A stretch of DNA of 64,000 bases from Lama glama (lineage: Eukaryota). Made by a program: the position numbers and the translations under genes. Below the pieces are notes generated by a model. It was given only the letters and a program-made list of their open reading frames with translations, was not told where the DNA came from and did not search any database. Below are positions 51,721 through 64,000 of the stretch, in pieces. Each line of letters begins with the position of its first letter. Position 1 is the stretch's first letter. The stretch spans positions 49,416,001 to 49,480,000 of the forward strand of contig CM052817.1 in the NCBI GenBank assembly GCA_028534125.1. Direction: 5' to 3'.

Positions 51721-53789
51721 ACTGACTACCTTCTGAAATATTTCTTCTATATTTTCTCTAAATCTGCTGAAGGATGTTATACCTGATGGTTACAACCAGG
51801 AAGCCTTGATGATAGTCTTCTGGGCCAAGAGGACGCCTTACTCCCCCTCATGCCACCAGCCCTCTGGCACACTGCCCTAGTTCCCTGCAGTAAGTGCTTA
51901 TGTTCACCTTTCCTGCAGGGAGGTAGATACTATTTGTCTTGCAGGAGGTGGGTAGAGACGAGTGCTAGGGTTGAATGCCTGGCTCCTCCCTTTGTGGTAC
52001 TCCAGCTAATCATCCTGCTGGTTACATCTGGGTCTAGCTCCTTCTCCTGGATTTCCTCATCTCGATACATGGAGCATTTGTGTTGCTAGTCTCACCTTGC
52101 TAGGTTAGAACTTTCCCAAGAGAATTCTGGACTTGACCTTTCTCTTGTCTCTGTATTTTTCAAAGGTCAATTACTATTTCTGTCATTCTTTTTTGTTTGA
52201 TTATGGCTATTTTATTTGTTTTTTAAACATCTTTTCCTTAATTTCTGTGACTTTAGTGTAAGAAAGGAGATTACACCAAATGTTTACCATTTTGAAACTG
52301 GAAGTCTTTCCTCCACTCTTCTTTTTTATTAACATGTGTTTTGTACTTAATAATATAGTCAAATAATTACCCATGGAATTACCTGAAAAAACAAACTTTA
52401 AAAAAAAACTAATTAGATTGTCCCTTTGTATTCCATATTTATTCCTTATAAACTTACCTCAGTTCTTATTCCCCAGCTCTGTCTATTCTCCCGCAAACAT
52501 ACGTATACATATCATACACTTAATATTAGTATATACATTTATTACAGGTAGATTTAATTCTAGTTTGATGGAGAAGCAGTGAAGGCAAACCTAGAGGTTA
52601 TGGTTGATAGTATTGAAACAATTGACTTTTAACCTTATTAGTCATGACTATAGAACAAAGACAGGTGAAACATTCATTTTGATTTTAAGTTATTTATTTA
52701 CAGCTTGATAATACTCTTTCTTTTAATTTTTCCTAATGCCTAAATATTAGGGTTCAGGGGAAGGAATCATTTTCTTCAGTCAAAATAACAGTTCCACAGG
52801 GCAAAGTTTTTCTTGTTTTAAAAAATATCATGTTTAAAGTTATGAATAAAATAGATCTATCATTAAAACACTTCTTTTTCACTATAGGTATTCGGCATGG
52901 AGAGTTTACCGTGTTCAGCTCTGTTGATCTCCTGCATTTGTGCAATTTTATTTCTAAGTTCCCTTCAGTTCTTAAATATCAAAAGAAAATCAGAAATAGA
53001 CCCTGTATGTGCATGTATTCTGAGTTTTCATTTACTGAACCTGTGTTTGACTGGAAGAGGCCTCTATTTAAAAAAAATAAACAGTGTTTGTGTTGTACCT
53101 ATCCTCAGTATTATTCTACATCCAAGGAAGTACCTTGTTACAGTCTCATTCTTCAATCTCTCAAAGTAATGACAATGAAAACTTCAATCATTTGATTAAG
53201 TACATCATATCTTAGATAAAATGACTACTACTGGTAAGAAAAATGAGCTTTTTTAAGTATGATATCAAGAACTGACAAACAATATGGAATAATGGAGAAC
53301 AGACATAGGGAGTTCCCAGAAAAAAATTCTTCAGGATTTGTAGTTCTTGTGCTTTGAATGTTGTGGTAACTATCCTAAGGGAAGGTTCTTTCTCAACTCT
53401 CAGACCAGTTTATGGACAGGACCACCCACTGTCATTATGGCCCCATGGACATTCATGGGAAGTCCTGTTTGGTGGGACTTATACCTATTTCTTACATGCA
53501 AATCCAAGTTCAACTATGCTTCTCTTATACTTAGACCTCTTACTCTGTCTCTGCATGGTTCTCAGGAATGCTGCCCAGGTCCATTCCTTTCATTTCTATT
53601 TATTCTCTATCCTCATACCTGATAGAGAAGTTTTGGTTTTTGGATACATTGTTCAAACTTCCTACTTTTGTCCTCAGCATACCCCCTAAACAACTTCTCC
53701 CTCACAGATCTTCTATCTTGAAAGTCACTACTGAAGTCCCCTTTGCCCAATCCAGCAATCGCTTTTTGATTCTTTTTATGGACTCAGGC

Positions 53790-53995
53790 CTGTAACTAGA
53801 CTGACTGTGTCCTAATCCAGCTCCACTATTTACTAATGGGGAGACTTGGGGTACATTATCTAGGCTTCTTGTTTCTTTATCTGTAAAATTGGGCTAATAG
53901 CCTTGTTGTGAGGGTCCGATGAGCTAATACACATAAAGAATTTAGAACAGTGCTCAGCACACAGAAAGTTCTCAGTAAATGGTAGCCATTATTGC
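53790..53995 (+). mobile_element. MIR SINE (further weak MIR/L2 remnants at ~4850-5060, 8330-8520, 19790-19985, 36235-36440, 50620-50780)
   Basis: CCAGCTCCACTATTTACTA...TCTGTAAAATTGGGCTAATAG...TTAGAACAGTGC, the MIR core. Confidence 0.75.
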
Positions 53996-54460
53996 TATGC
54001 TTGTAAACTTTTCTCATTCATTTATTCAATAATATTTATCGGACTCCTACTATGTGCTAGGCACTGGAGAGAAACACAGAGAAAGAAGTCTAGTCCCTGG
54101 GTTAAGGAAGATCATAGTCTAGTCAGGAAAATATACAGGGAAAGATAAAATAACAATGAGGTGAGATGATAAATTCATACAATGAACCACCAAAATTGAC
54201 ACTAGACCTAGACTTACTGATATGAAAAGATATCCATAATATATTGCCAAATACAAAATACACATAAATATATTTTTGTTACACATTCTATTATTTTTCC
54301 AGTAAGCAATGCTGAGCACCTGAAATAATTCAAGTACGTGAGAGGTACTGGGAATATGGAGGTGAGTAAGAGGCAGACGTACACACAGAGTTTACAGATT
54401 TGGTGGTGGAGAAGCTGGTACTGAACATGGGATTCCAAACAATATGCATGCTATGAAGCA

Positions 54461-54597
54461 GGGTGGGTGGGTATAGCTCAGTGGTAGAGCACGTGCTTAG
54501 CATGCAGGAGGGTCCTAGTTTCAACCTACAGCACCTCCATTTAAAAATAATAATGATGAATCGAATAACCCACCCCCCTCAAAAAAGATTTTAAAAA
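54461..54597 (+). mobile_element. Vic-1-type SINE
   Basis: GGGTATAGCTCAGTGGTAGAGCACGTGCTTAGCATGCAGGAGGGTCC. Confidence 0.9.
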
Positions 54598-55884
54598 TGT
54601 TATAGCACCTTTTCCAGAGCTAAACTAGATGAGAAAATCACTTCTCTGAAAATGTAATGTTTAAACTGAGATTCGAATGATAAATAAAGTTACTTCCATG
54701 AAGAGCTGGAGTGAAAGTGTTCACAGCAGAAAGAACAGAAGAACAAAATTCTAAGGTAGAAAGAGCATGGTATGCACAAAGAGGTGAAAACTCCAAGGTG
54801 GCATGGGGAGAGGGGCATATAGTAAGTATGGAAAGGTAAGTAGGGAATCAGATCTTTCCTGGCTTCACAGGTTATAGTAAGGGTATAAAACCTTTCCCTA
54901 AAGCCAATTTTAAAAGAGTTGAGAGGAAAGGCTTGAATAATCTATAGTTTAAAAAAGATCACTGCCCGCATTGTGGAGAATAAGAAGGGGCACAAACACA
55001 CACACAGGGAGGAGGATATGTAACAAAGTGTGTTCACTTGTGGGCACAACGTGAGTATCCTGGGATAGTATCAGATTGGTTAACATTAACTTTATTCTCT
55101 TCAAACTTCTATTCTATATTTTTCTGAAATTTTCACAATGGCTCAAAGTCACTTCTAATAATAAAAATCAATAAAACCTAGTAAAAATGGTTATACATTA
55201 TAATAGATACAATAGCAAATGGAAGTACAGATTAGGAAGGACAAGTAATCTAGACCGAAGGAGAACAGCTACCTAGAGAAAGTGAAAGATGAATTAAGTG
55301 CTGATGGATGAGTACTTCAGCCAGACTAAGAAAGGGAGAACAGGTCTTCTTAATCAAAAGTAGAGCATTTATAAAGATATGTTGAATAAAGAGAAGATAG
55401 CTCAGGATACAAAGTATGCCGTGACCAGTGATGTGGCTGAAGAGGTAGGCAGTGGAAGGGCATTAGATATTATACTAATAAGTTCAAAATTTATTCTGAA
55501 AATGGTTAACAGTAATTGAAGGAATTTTAGCAAGAGCATGACATGGTGAGATTGGTATTTCAGAATGATCATCTTAGCAAGAGGTGGGTAAGTGTACTGC
55601 ATGAGAACAAGACCAGATGCAAAAAAAAAAAAATTAGGAATTTGACACATTTCTCCAAGAATAATAGCACCAAATGCCTCAGTTGTAGTAACTATTAAGT
55701 CAGGCATTGGATAAACAGTGATAAACAAGGGAGTTTCAAGGTGCATATTGGTTCATCAAGAATATTTCCTCAACTTTCAGGAAAGCAAGTCAATGACATT
55801 TTATAGCACATGCTCCTAACAAGAGAGCATTTTTTCCCTTTTCTTCTTTCTACATGACATATTTTATTATAGCTACTCTACCTT

Positions 55885-56346
55885 TGGTGTGCCTTTATTT
55901 GCCCCTCTGAATCCACTGTCCATCCTTCACCCTGCTCTACTATTCTCTGTCCTGGGAGACATACATGTATAGTCAACATTAATAGATTCTTATCCCTTTT
56001 GACTTCCAGTTAGTTTCAGCCAATGGGGAGGCTTGGCAGTAGATCAGAGACAGGAGGAGAGGAATTATTTCCTGGCTCGCTCCCTACAAGGTTGCCTTCT
56101 GTGTTCCTCAACTGAATGTCACTGTTCATTTCAAGCCAAATCACTCTATGTGTCTCTATCCCTCTTTTGGTAACTTCTGGCCTAGGGGCAACAGCTCAGC
56201 TGCTACAAAACTCTGGGTTCCTGCATTATATCCTGTTATTCCCCTACATCCACACCTTAGGAAATAGTCCTTTTATAAACAACTCTTCCTTGAAAATAGC
56301 CTATTTAGTTGTACCATTCATTTATTTGGGGGACCCTGACTGATAG
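55885..56346 (-). mobile_element. LTR33-like ERVL LTR (a related fragment lies at ~12735-13055)
   Basis: Minus strand starts TCTATCAGTCAGGGTCCC; TCACCCTGCTCT and CAGCCAATGGGGAGGC motifs. Confidence 0.65.
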
Positions 56347-57099
56347 AAGGGAGAAACTTATTGTCTAACCCACACTGGTATATTGAAACTTCATACTAAT
56401 GTCTGATTCAACTGTACTAAAGGAGATTGTACAGAAAGCTTGGATTTGAAGAACACTGAGCTTGGAACATTGTCTGAGGGAAGGTTTGAAAGACATGATT
56501 TTCTGTGGTTTCCTCTTGGGCAAGAGGTGGGTGTTTTTGGTGGCACATGAATTACTTGGTGGAGACATTTTTGGAGCTATAAGCATGTCTTTGGATATAT
56601 ACTAGGCAACAGAAGAGTAAATTGTATTGAATATCCACTGTGGTTCTATTTTATGTCAGTAATTTTTATTTCCATTTTCTATTCATAAAATAATCTGGAT
56701 TAAGACACTTGCCAATTTGGCAAGACTGTTATAGAAGAGCAGAGGAGTATAATAGCACATGAATTTACCTGTCTGTGCATGAAATCCAAAATGATAAAAA
56801 TATCTGAGATTTTGACAACACTCACCTTAAATTAAGGCAAGTAACCAGGGTAGTGACACAGATGCAGTCAAATTTATTAGAACACTTATATTTGCAATAT
56901 TTATGGTTCATTCATGTTCTTTTGATCATGATACAGTTTGATATAACTATTTATTAAAGTGACTATATTCACGTATGAACTGCTGCCCTTTTTCACATTT
57001 TCTCAACCCATACTATGAGTCCTTAATAATGGATAGGAATGATACAATTAAAAGAGGAATTATTGTTTAATCTCTTTAGATAATCCTAGTCATTCTGGT

Positions 57100-60000
57100 A
57101 ATACAATATTCTTTGAGACAAATGACAATGAAAACACAACCACACAAACTCTACGGGATGCAGCAAAAGCAGATCTAAGAGGGAAGTTCATAACGATACA
57201 GACTTTCCTCAAAAAGTAAGAACAATATCAAATAAATAATATAATATACCACTTAAAAGAATTAGAAAAAGAAGAACAAACAAAACCTAAAGTCAGCAGA
57301 AGGAAAGAAATAATAAAGATTAGGGAGGAAATAAAATAAAGATTTAAAAAGACAATATAAAAAAATCAATCAAACCAAGAGCTGGCTTTTTTGAAAGAAT
57401 AAACAAAATTGACAAACCTCTGGTCAGGCTCACCAAGAAGAAAAGAGAGAGGACACAAATACACAAAATAAGAAATGAAAATGGAGAAATTACAGCCAAC
57501 ACCACAGAAATACAAAAAATCATAAGAAAATACTATGAACAACTATAGGGCAATAAATTGGACAACCTAGAAGAAATGGTCAAGTTGCTAGAAACATAGA
57601 ATCCACCAAGGCTGAATCAAAAAGAAACAGATCATTTGAACAGACCAATCACTAGAAGTGAAATAGAATCAGCAATAAAAAACCTCCCTGCAAACAAAAG
57701 TCCAGGACCAGATGGCTTCACTGGGAAATTCTATCAAACGTACAAAGAAGAGTTCATACTAGTCCTTCTCAAACTCCTTCAAAAGACTGAAGAGGAGGGG
57801 ATACTCCCAAACTTATTCTATGAAGCCACCATCACCCTGATACCAAAGCCAGACAAAGACACTACCAAAAAAGAAAACTATACGCCAATATTGTTGATGA
57901 ACATAGGGCAAAAATCCTCAACAAAATATAAGAAAACAGAATCCAATAACACATAAAAAAGATTATACACCATGATCAACTTGGCTTCATCCCAGGGACA
58001 CCAAGATGGTTCAACATAGGCAAATCAATCAATGTGATACACCACATCAACAAGAGAAAGGACAAAAATCACATGATCATCTTAACAGATGCAGAAAAAG
58101 CATTTGATAAAATTCAACACCCATTTATGATAAAAACTCTAACCAAAGTAGGTATAAAGGGAACACATCTCAACATAATAAATGCTATTTATGACAAACC
58201 TGCAGCCAACATAATACTCGACAGTGAAAAGTTGAAAGCCTTCACACTAAAATCTGGAACAAGACAAGGATGCTCACTCTCACCACTTCTTTCTATTCAA
58301 TATACTGTTGGAAGTCCTAGTCATAGCAAATAGATAAGGAAAAGAGATAATGAGATTCAAATTTAAAGAGAAGCAGTAAAATTATCACTATATGCAGATG
58401 ATGTAATACTATATATAGAAAACCCTGAAGGCTCCACACAAAAACAACTAGAGCTGATAAAAGAATTTGGCAAGGTAGCAGGATACAAGATTAACATACA
58501 GAAATCAGTGGCATTTCTTTATATTAACAATGAAATATCAGAAAAGGAAAGTAAAGAAACAATCCCTTTTAAAATCACATCCAAAAAATAAAATACCTAG
58601 GGATAAATCTGACCAAGGAAGTGAAAGACTAACATGTGGAGAACTGCAAAACACTGACTAGGGAAATTAAAGATGATTTAAAGAAATGGAAAGATATCTC
58701 ATGTTCTTGGATTAGAAGAATTAACATTGTTAAGATGACTCTACTACCCAAAGCAATCTACAGATTTAATGTGATCCCTATCAAATTACCCAGGACACTT
58801 TTCAGAGAACTAGAGCAAATAATCCTAAAATTTATATGGTATTACAGAAGACCCAGAATTGTCAAAGCAATACTGGAGAAGAAGAATGAAGCTGGAGGAA
58901 TAACCCTCCCAGACTTCAGACAATACTACAGAACTACAAAACAGCATGGTATCAGTACAAAAACAGACATATGGACCAATGGAACAAAATAGAGAGCCCA
59001 GAAATAAACCCACAAACTTTTGGTCAATTAATCTTTGACAAAGGAGGCAAGAACATACAGTGGAGTAAAGATAGTCTCTTTAGCAAATGGTGTTGGGATA
59101 ACTGGACAGCTGCATGTAAATCAATGAAGTTAGAATATGCCCTCATACCATACACAAAAATAAACTTAAAATGGCTTAAAGACTTAAACATAAGACAAGA
59201 CACTATAAACTTCTTGGAAGAAAGCATGGGCAAAGCATTATCTGATGTAAATCTTAGCAATATACTCCTAGGGAAGTCTACCCAAGTAATAGAAATAAAA
59301 GCAAAAATTAACAAATGGGATTTAATTAAATATATAAGCTTTTGCACAGCAACAGAAACTATAAGCAAAATAAAAAGACAACGTATGGAATAGGAGAAAA
59401 TATTTGCAAAAAATGAGACTGATAAGGGTTTAATTTCCAGAACATATAAATAGCTCATACAACTTAATAAGAAAAAAGCAAACAACCCAATCCAAAAATG
59501 GGCAGAAGACCTAAACAAGCAATTCTGCAATGAAGACATACAAATGGCCAAGAGACACATGAAAAAATGTTCAATGTCACTAATTATCAAAGAAATGCAA
59601 ATCAAAACTACAATGCGGTACCACCTCACACCAGTCAGAATAGCCATTATTCAAAAGTCTACAAATGATAAATGCTGAAGAGGGTGTGGAGAAAGGGAAC
59701 CCTCCTACACTGCTGGTGGGAATGTAGTTTGGTGTAGCCATTATGGAAAACAGTATGGAGATTCCTCAAACACTGAAAATAGACTTACCATACGATCCAG
59801 CAATCCCACTCCTGGGCACATATCCAAAGAGAATCTTAATTCAAAAAGATATATACACTCCAATGTTCATAGAAGCACTATATACAATAGCCAAGACATG
59901 GAAACAACCTAAATGTCCATCAATAGATGACTGGATAAAGAAGTTGTGGTATACCCATACAATGGAATACTACTCAGCTATAAACATAATAAAATAATGC

Positions 60001-60468
60001 CATTTGCAGCAACATGGATGGATCTAGAGATTGTCATTCTAAGTGAAGCCAGAAAGAGAAAGAAAAATACCACGTGATATCACTTATAGGTGGAATCTAA
60101 AAAAAAGAAGACAAATGAACTTATTTACAAAACAGAAACAGACTCACTGACATAGAAAACAAACTTATGGTTACCAGGGAGAAAGGGGCTGGGAAGGGAT
60201 AAATCAGGAGCTCAAGATTTGCAGATACTAACTAATACATAAAAATAGATAAACCACAGGTTCATACTGTATCACACAGGAAACTATATTCAATATTCTT
60301 GTAGTAACTTATGATGAAAAAAATATGAAAACAAATATACATATATCCATGTATGACTGAAGCAGTATGCTGTATACCAGAAATTGATTCAACATAGTAA
60401 TCTGACTATAATTCAATAAGAAAATATATAAAATAAAATAAAATAAAATAAAATAAAATAAAATAAAA
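57100..60468 (+). mobile_element. 5'-truncated L1 with disrupted ORF2 (RT and C-terminal domains), 3'UTR and a (TAAAA)n tail
   Basis: ORF fragments [23 protein letters not shown] and GTRQGC; catalytic YADD at 58391-58402; multiple stops and frameshifts. Confidence 0.97.
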
Positions 60469-61635
60469 TGGATGCCAGGTGCCATTGGGTATAACTACTT
60501 GCTTCCTCATTCACATTCAGATGGAGGAGAGAATAGCTGACTACACTTGCTGTTAAGATGGAAGAGGAACCTTTCTAGGAGTCTCTAGTAACCACCTCCT
60601 CATTTGTCTAGAGAGGCTAGAATTGCATCATGTTCAGTTTCTAAACTCATAGTTGGCAAAGGGAATGTGATTCTCTGTAGACCAGTCAGACTCATTTACT
60701 GAGCTAAGGCCAATTTCCTAAACCAGAGTGTTGCTATTCAATGGAGTAGAGGGTAAAGTGCATTTGGAAAGTCAAACACAATTTAAAAAATACCTATCTA
60801 ATCCCTGTCTTTGAGTAGACTAGAAGATTTGGGGCTATGGAATTACATATATGATAGATTTAAAAAATTATCTATCTATCTGTATTTATGAATAGTCTAG
60901 AAAATGATGGTATCTTGGTGGTATAATTACATTTCACTTACATTTTCTTCCTTTTGCTTACCTATATGTAATATTCTTCTATAACTAAGCATGATTGTTG
61001 TTCTCTTTAACCTTTTAGTATGGAAATTTTCAATTCAGTCCAAAAATAACAGAAATAGTATAATGAACCCTCAAGTATCCATAACCTAGCTTCAATTATT
61101 ACTAACTTGTGACAAATTATGTTTTATGCATTGTTTTGCAATAAGAAAAAAGATGATTTTAGTTAAAAAGTTAAGATCTAGTCGCCTACTTATCATTTTC
61201 TCTAACCCATTGAATTCACCTTTATGCAAATCAGTAAGATTAAGCTGAGGATAGCCCAATATTGCTCTTGTCAGGTGAGCAAGATCCTTCCCAAACTGTG
61301 CCCAATATATTTCTTGGAAGGTTTGGTTTTGCTTAGTTTCTTACCTTACCTATGCTCCCCAAAATGTGTCCTGCAGTATCCCCAACATCAAGAGGAAAAG
61401 CACGTGACTCTAGGAACACAAAATAAAGGCTCACTTGAAAGCATAGAGTTATTTTGAAATCTCATTTCTTAAAATCTGTGAAAATGTGCATTTTAGTCTA
61501 TCTATCTTTATTTAACAGGAATAGAATGTTTTAAATTACTCACCATTGAATAAATTTGACACTGTACGAAGATGGTTCTTATTGATCTTACGGCTTCCCA
61601 TCTTCTGAGGCCCTCTGACAAATACCCCTGTGAAC

Positions 61636-62970
61636 ACAAAAGCAAAAACACTGATAACTTGATTAAAAAATAGTGTAAGGATTTGAACAGACATGCTCTG
61701 AAGAAGACATACAAAGGGCCAACAGGTACATGACAAAAATCTTCAATGGTCTGAGATGGTATGTGTTGGAAGCTGACCCAGAAAGATGCTGACAACCCAA
61801 GAAAGTTCATCTTAAACCTTCCACCCCCCTCAACCACTCACAGAAGCTGAAAAAGCCATAGAGATGACTCCCAAACCTTTCTGTATAAGAGGAAAGTTTT
61901 ATGTACCCCTGGAAAGAATCATTGCTTGTCCAAGGCGAAGCACTTATGTGGTAATGTGCAGAAGCTGGGAGCACTTGTTGCTGATACAGTGGAACTGAAC
62001 TGCAATGGTTCTGTAGTGAAGGTTGACTTGGATCACTCTACTGACTACTGAGCCATCAGTATTTCCTGGCACTCAGGGTCTTAGCAATAATTGGACTCAT
62101 CTAGAATTTAAACTTTGTGTGGTCATAATTCAGGTAACTTTTAATTTTAAACTCACTTAACTGTACATTTTTTTGTGCTGAATGTGGCATTAAAGAGTTT
62201 TATAGAAAAAAAAATTATCAGGGAAATGCAACTCAAAACCATGATGAGATATCACCTCACACCCATCAGAATAATTATTACAGAAGAAAAAGACCCCGGT
62301 TGGAATGCAGAGGAACTGAAACTCTTGCACACTGTTGGTGGGAATGCAAAATGGTGCAGCTTCTCTGGAAAAAAGCATGAAAGTTCCTCAAAAAATTAAA
62401 AATAGAACTACCACATGACCCAGCAATCCCATTTCTGGGTATTTATTCAAAATAACTGAAACCAGGATCTCAAAAAGATAAGCACTCTCACATTCATTGC
62501 AGCTCTATTCACAATAGCCAAGACATGGAAACAACCTAAACGTCCACAGTTAGATGAAGAGACAAAGAAAATGTGGTATATAGATACAACTGAATATTAT
62601 TCAGCCTTAAAAGAAAAGGAACTTCTGCAATGTGTGACATGGGTAAACCTTGAGGACAATATACTGAGTGAAATAAGCCAATCACGGAAGGACAAATACT
62701 CTATGATTCCAACAATATGGGGTATCTAAAATAGTAGTATTCACAGAATCAAAGAGAATGGTGATTTCCAGGGGCTGGGGAGGGCAGTGGGTAAATAGGG
62801 GGTTACTAATCAATGGGCTTCAAGTTTCAGTTAAGCAAGATGAACAGTTTGTAGAGATCTGTTGTATAACACTGCACCTATAGTCAACAATACCATATTG
62901 TACATTAAAAAATCTGTTGAGATAAGATCTCATATTGTGTTCTTATCATAATAAAATATAATTTTAAAAA
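61636..62970 (+). mobile_element. Older L1MA-type 3' fragment interrupted by a retrocopy
   Basis: TTGAACAGACAT...GAAGACATACAAA before the insert; ATCAGGGAAATGCAA...GACCCAGCAATCCC...TGTTCTTATCATAATAAAA after it. Confidence 0.9.
61748..62214 (+). pseudogene. 5'-truncated processed pseudogene, parent unidentified
   Basis: Frame 61749-62051 reads V*DGMCWKLTQKDADNPRKFILNLPPPSTTHRS*KSHRDDSQTFLYKRKVLCTPGKNHCLSKAKHLCGNVQKLGALVADTVELNCNGSVVKVDLDHSTDY*. An AT-rich 3'UTR follows, with ATTAAA at 62189-62194 and A9 at 62206-62214. Confidence 0.75.
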
Positions 62971-63341
62971 ACACATAAATCTTTGTATCTCAGTACCCTT
63001 GTCTGCAAAATGGGCATAATAATACCTTTCAGTAATTACAACTGTATAACTTTCTAAGTTTTTGCTGTTATTCTTACTGCCAGGAAGTTCAAAGTCAAAT
63101 TTGCAGCTCTATCAAAGCAAGTATGTTTATTAAACAATATTTAGAGCATATTTGCATTTGTACTTTTTCTTGGATTTGATTCCTATTTTATCAATATATT
63201 GCACATTTTGGGGGAGTGTCTACTTGTAAAGAGATAAAGTATATATAGATAAATAAATTTAGTGTATATCTCAGGAAGTCTATTCAGAAGACTGAAAGTT
63301 GATCCCCCAACATGAAATTAATTAATGTTAAAAATGTTTTT

Positions 63342-63441
63342 NNNNNNNNNNNNNNNNNNNNNNNNNNNNNNNNNNNNNNNNNNNNNNNNNNNNNNNNNNN
63401 NNNNNNNNNNNNNNNNNNNNNNNNNNNNNNNNNNNNNNNNN
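63342..63441. other. Assembly gap (100 N)
   Basis: Run of N. Confidence 1.
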
Positions 63442-63655
63442 AGACTGGGATTTCAAAATTGTAGAATAGAGAAACAAGATTACACTGTATAGCACAGGGA
63501 AATATACACAAAATGTTATGATAAATCACAGAGAAAAAAATGTGACAATGAGTGTGTATATGTCCATGAATGACTGAAAAATTGTGCTGAACACTGGAAT
63601 TTGACACAACATTGTAAAATGATTATAAATCAATAAAAAAATGTTAAATGGTAAA
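63442..63655 (+). mobile_element. 3' end of a young L1 emerging from the gap
   Basis: L1 3'UTR (CTGTATAGCACAGGGAAATATA...GACACAACATTGTAAAATGA...AATAAA). TSD AAAAATGTTTTT at 63330-63341 and 63656-63667. Confidence 0.88.
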
Positions 63656-64000
63656 AAAAATGTTTTTCAAAGACTAATTGCAAAAAACTGTTTTAAACTT
63701 AAAATATGTCCAAAAATGTTATCTTCATTCACTCACTAGTTTAACAACATTAAATAGTCTATATTGTATATCCCAATAAATTAAACAATAAAAAGATTGT
63801 TTTAGTATTGTTATTGTCTGTTAATTGTAAAAACTGTATCTCTGGTTTTTATTCTATGTATCACTAGGTATCGTAGAGCTTAGCAGAGCCTCATGTCAAT
63901 GTGCAGAAAAACTATCCATAGAATCGTGAAGATAGTTATAGCAGGTGCAGAACATCTCATAGAGGAATTTTTTTTTTACATTTTACAACATTCTTTATTT

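Noticed and set aside
57636..59997. RT-domain ORF fragments as an active or domesticated gene
   Set aside because: Ordinary 5'-truncated L1 ORF2 with many stops and frameshifts.
40814..64000. TMPRSS11E exons expected by synteny
   Set aside because: No sequence resembling MMYRPDVVR or the transmembrane exon (WEPWVIGL...) was seen; the gene probably starts beyond the window.

Overview
This is mammalian genomic DNA, very probably camelid (alpaca/camel-like), judged from eight copies of a tRNA-derived Vic-1-type SINE. The left end holds the CpG-island promoter and coding exon 1 (MAADSREEK) of YTHDC1 on the minus strand, plus part of intron 1. The remaining ~60 kb is repeat-rich intergenic DNA upstream of YTHDC1. 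It contains L1 fragments of several ages, a dense cluster of solo LTRs (30-38.6 kb), MaLR and DNA transposon remnants, a U6/L1 chimera, two mRNA-derived retrocopies and one gene-like insert of unknown parentage. There is also an orphan CpG-rich promoter-like element (22.7-23.1 kb) and two assembly gaps, each apparently hiding a young L1. TMPRSS11E, the head-to-head neighbour in human and mouse, was not recognised in the window. Most ORF-track entries are spurious or decayed L1 ORF2. I found no convincing novel multi-gene system; the best leads are regulatory or retrotransposition oddities. Repeat family names come from recalled consensus similarity, not a search, and boundaries of old repeats are approximate.
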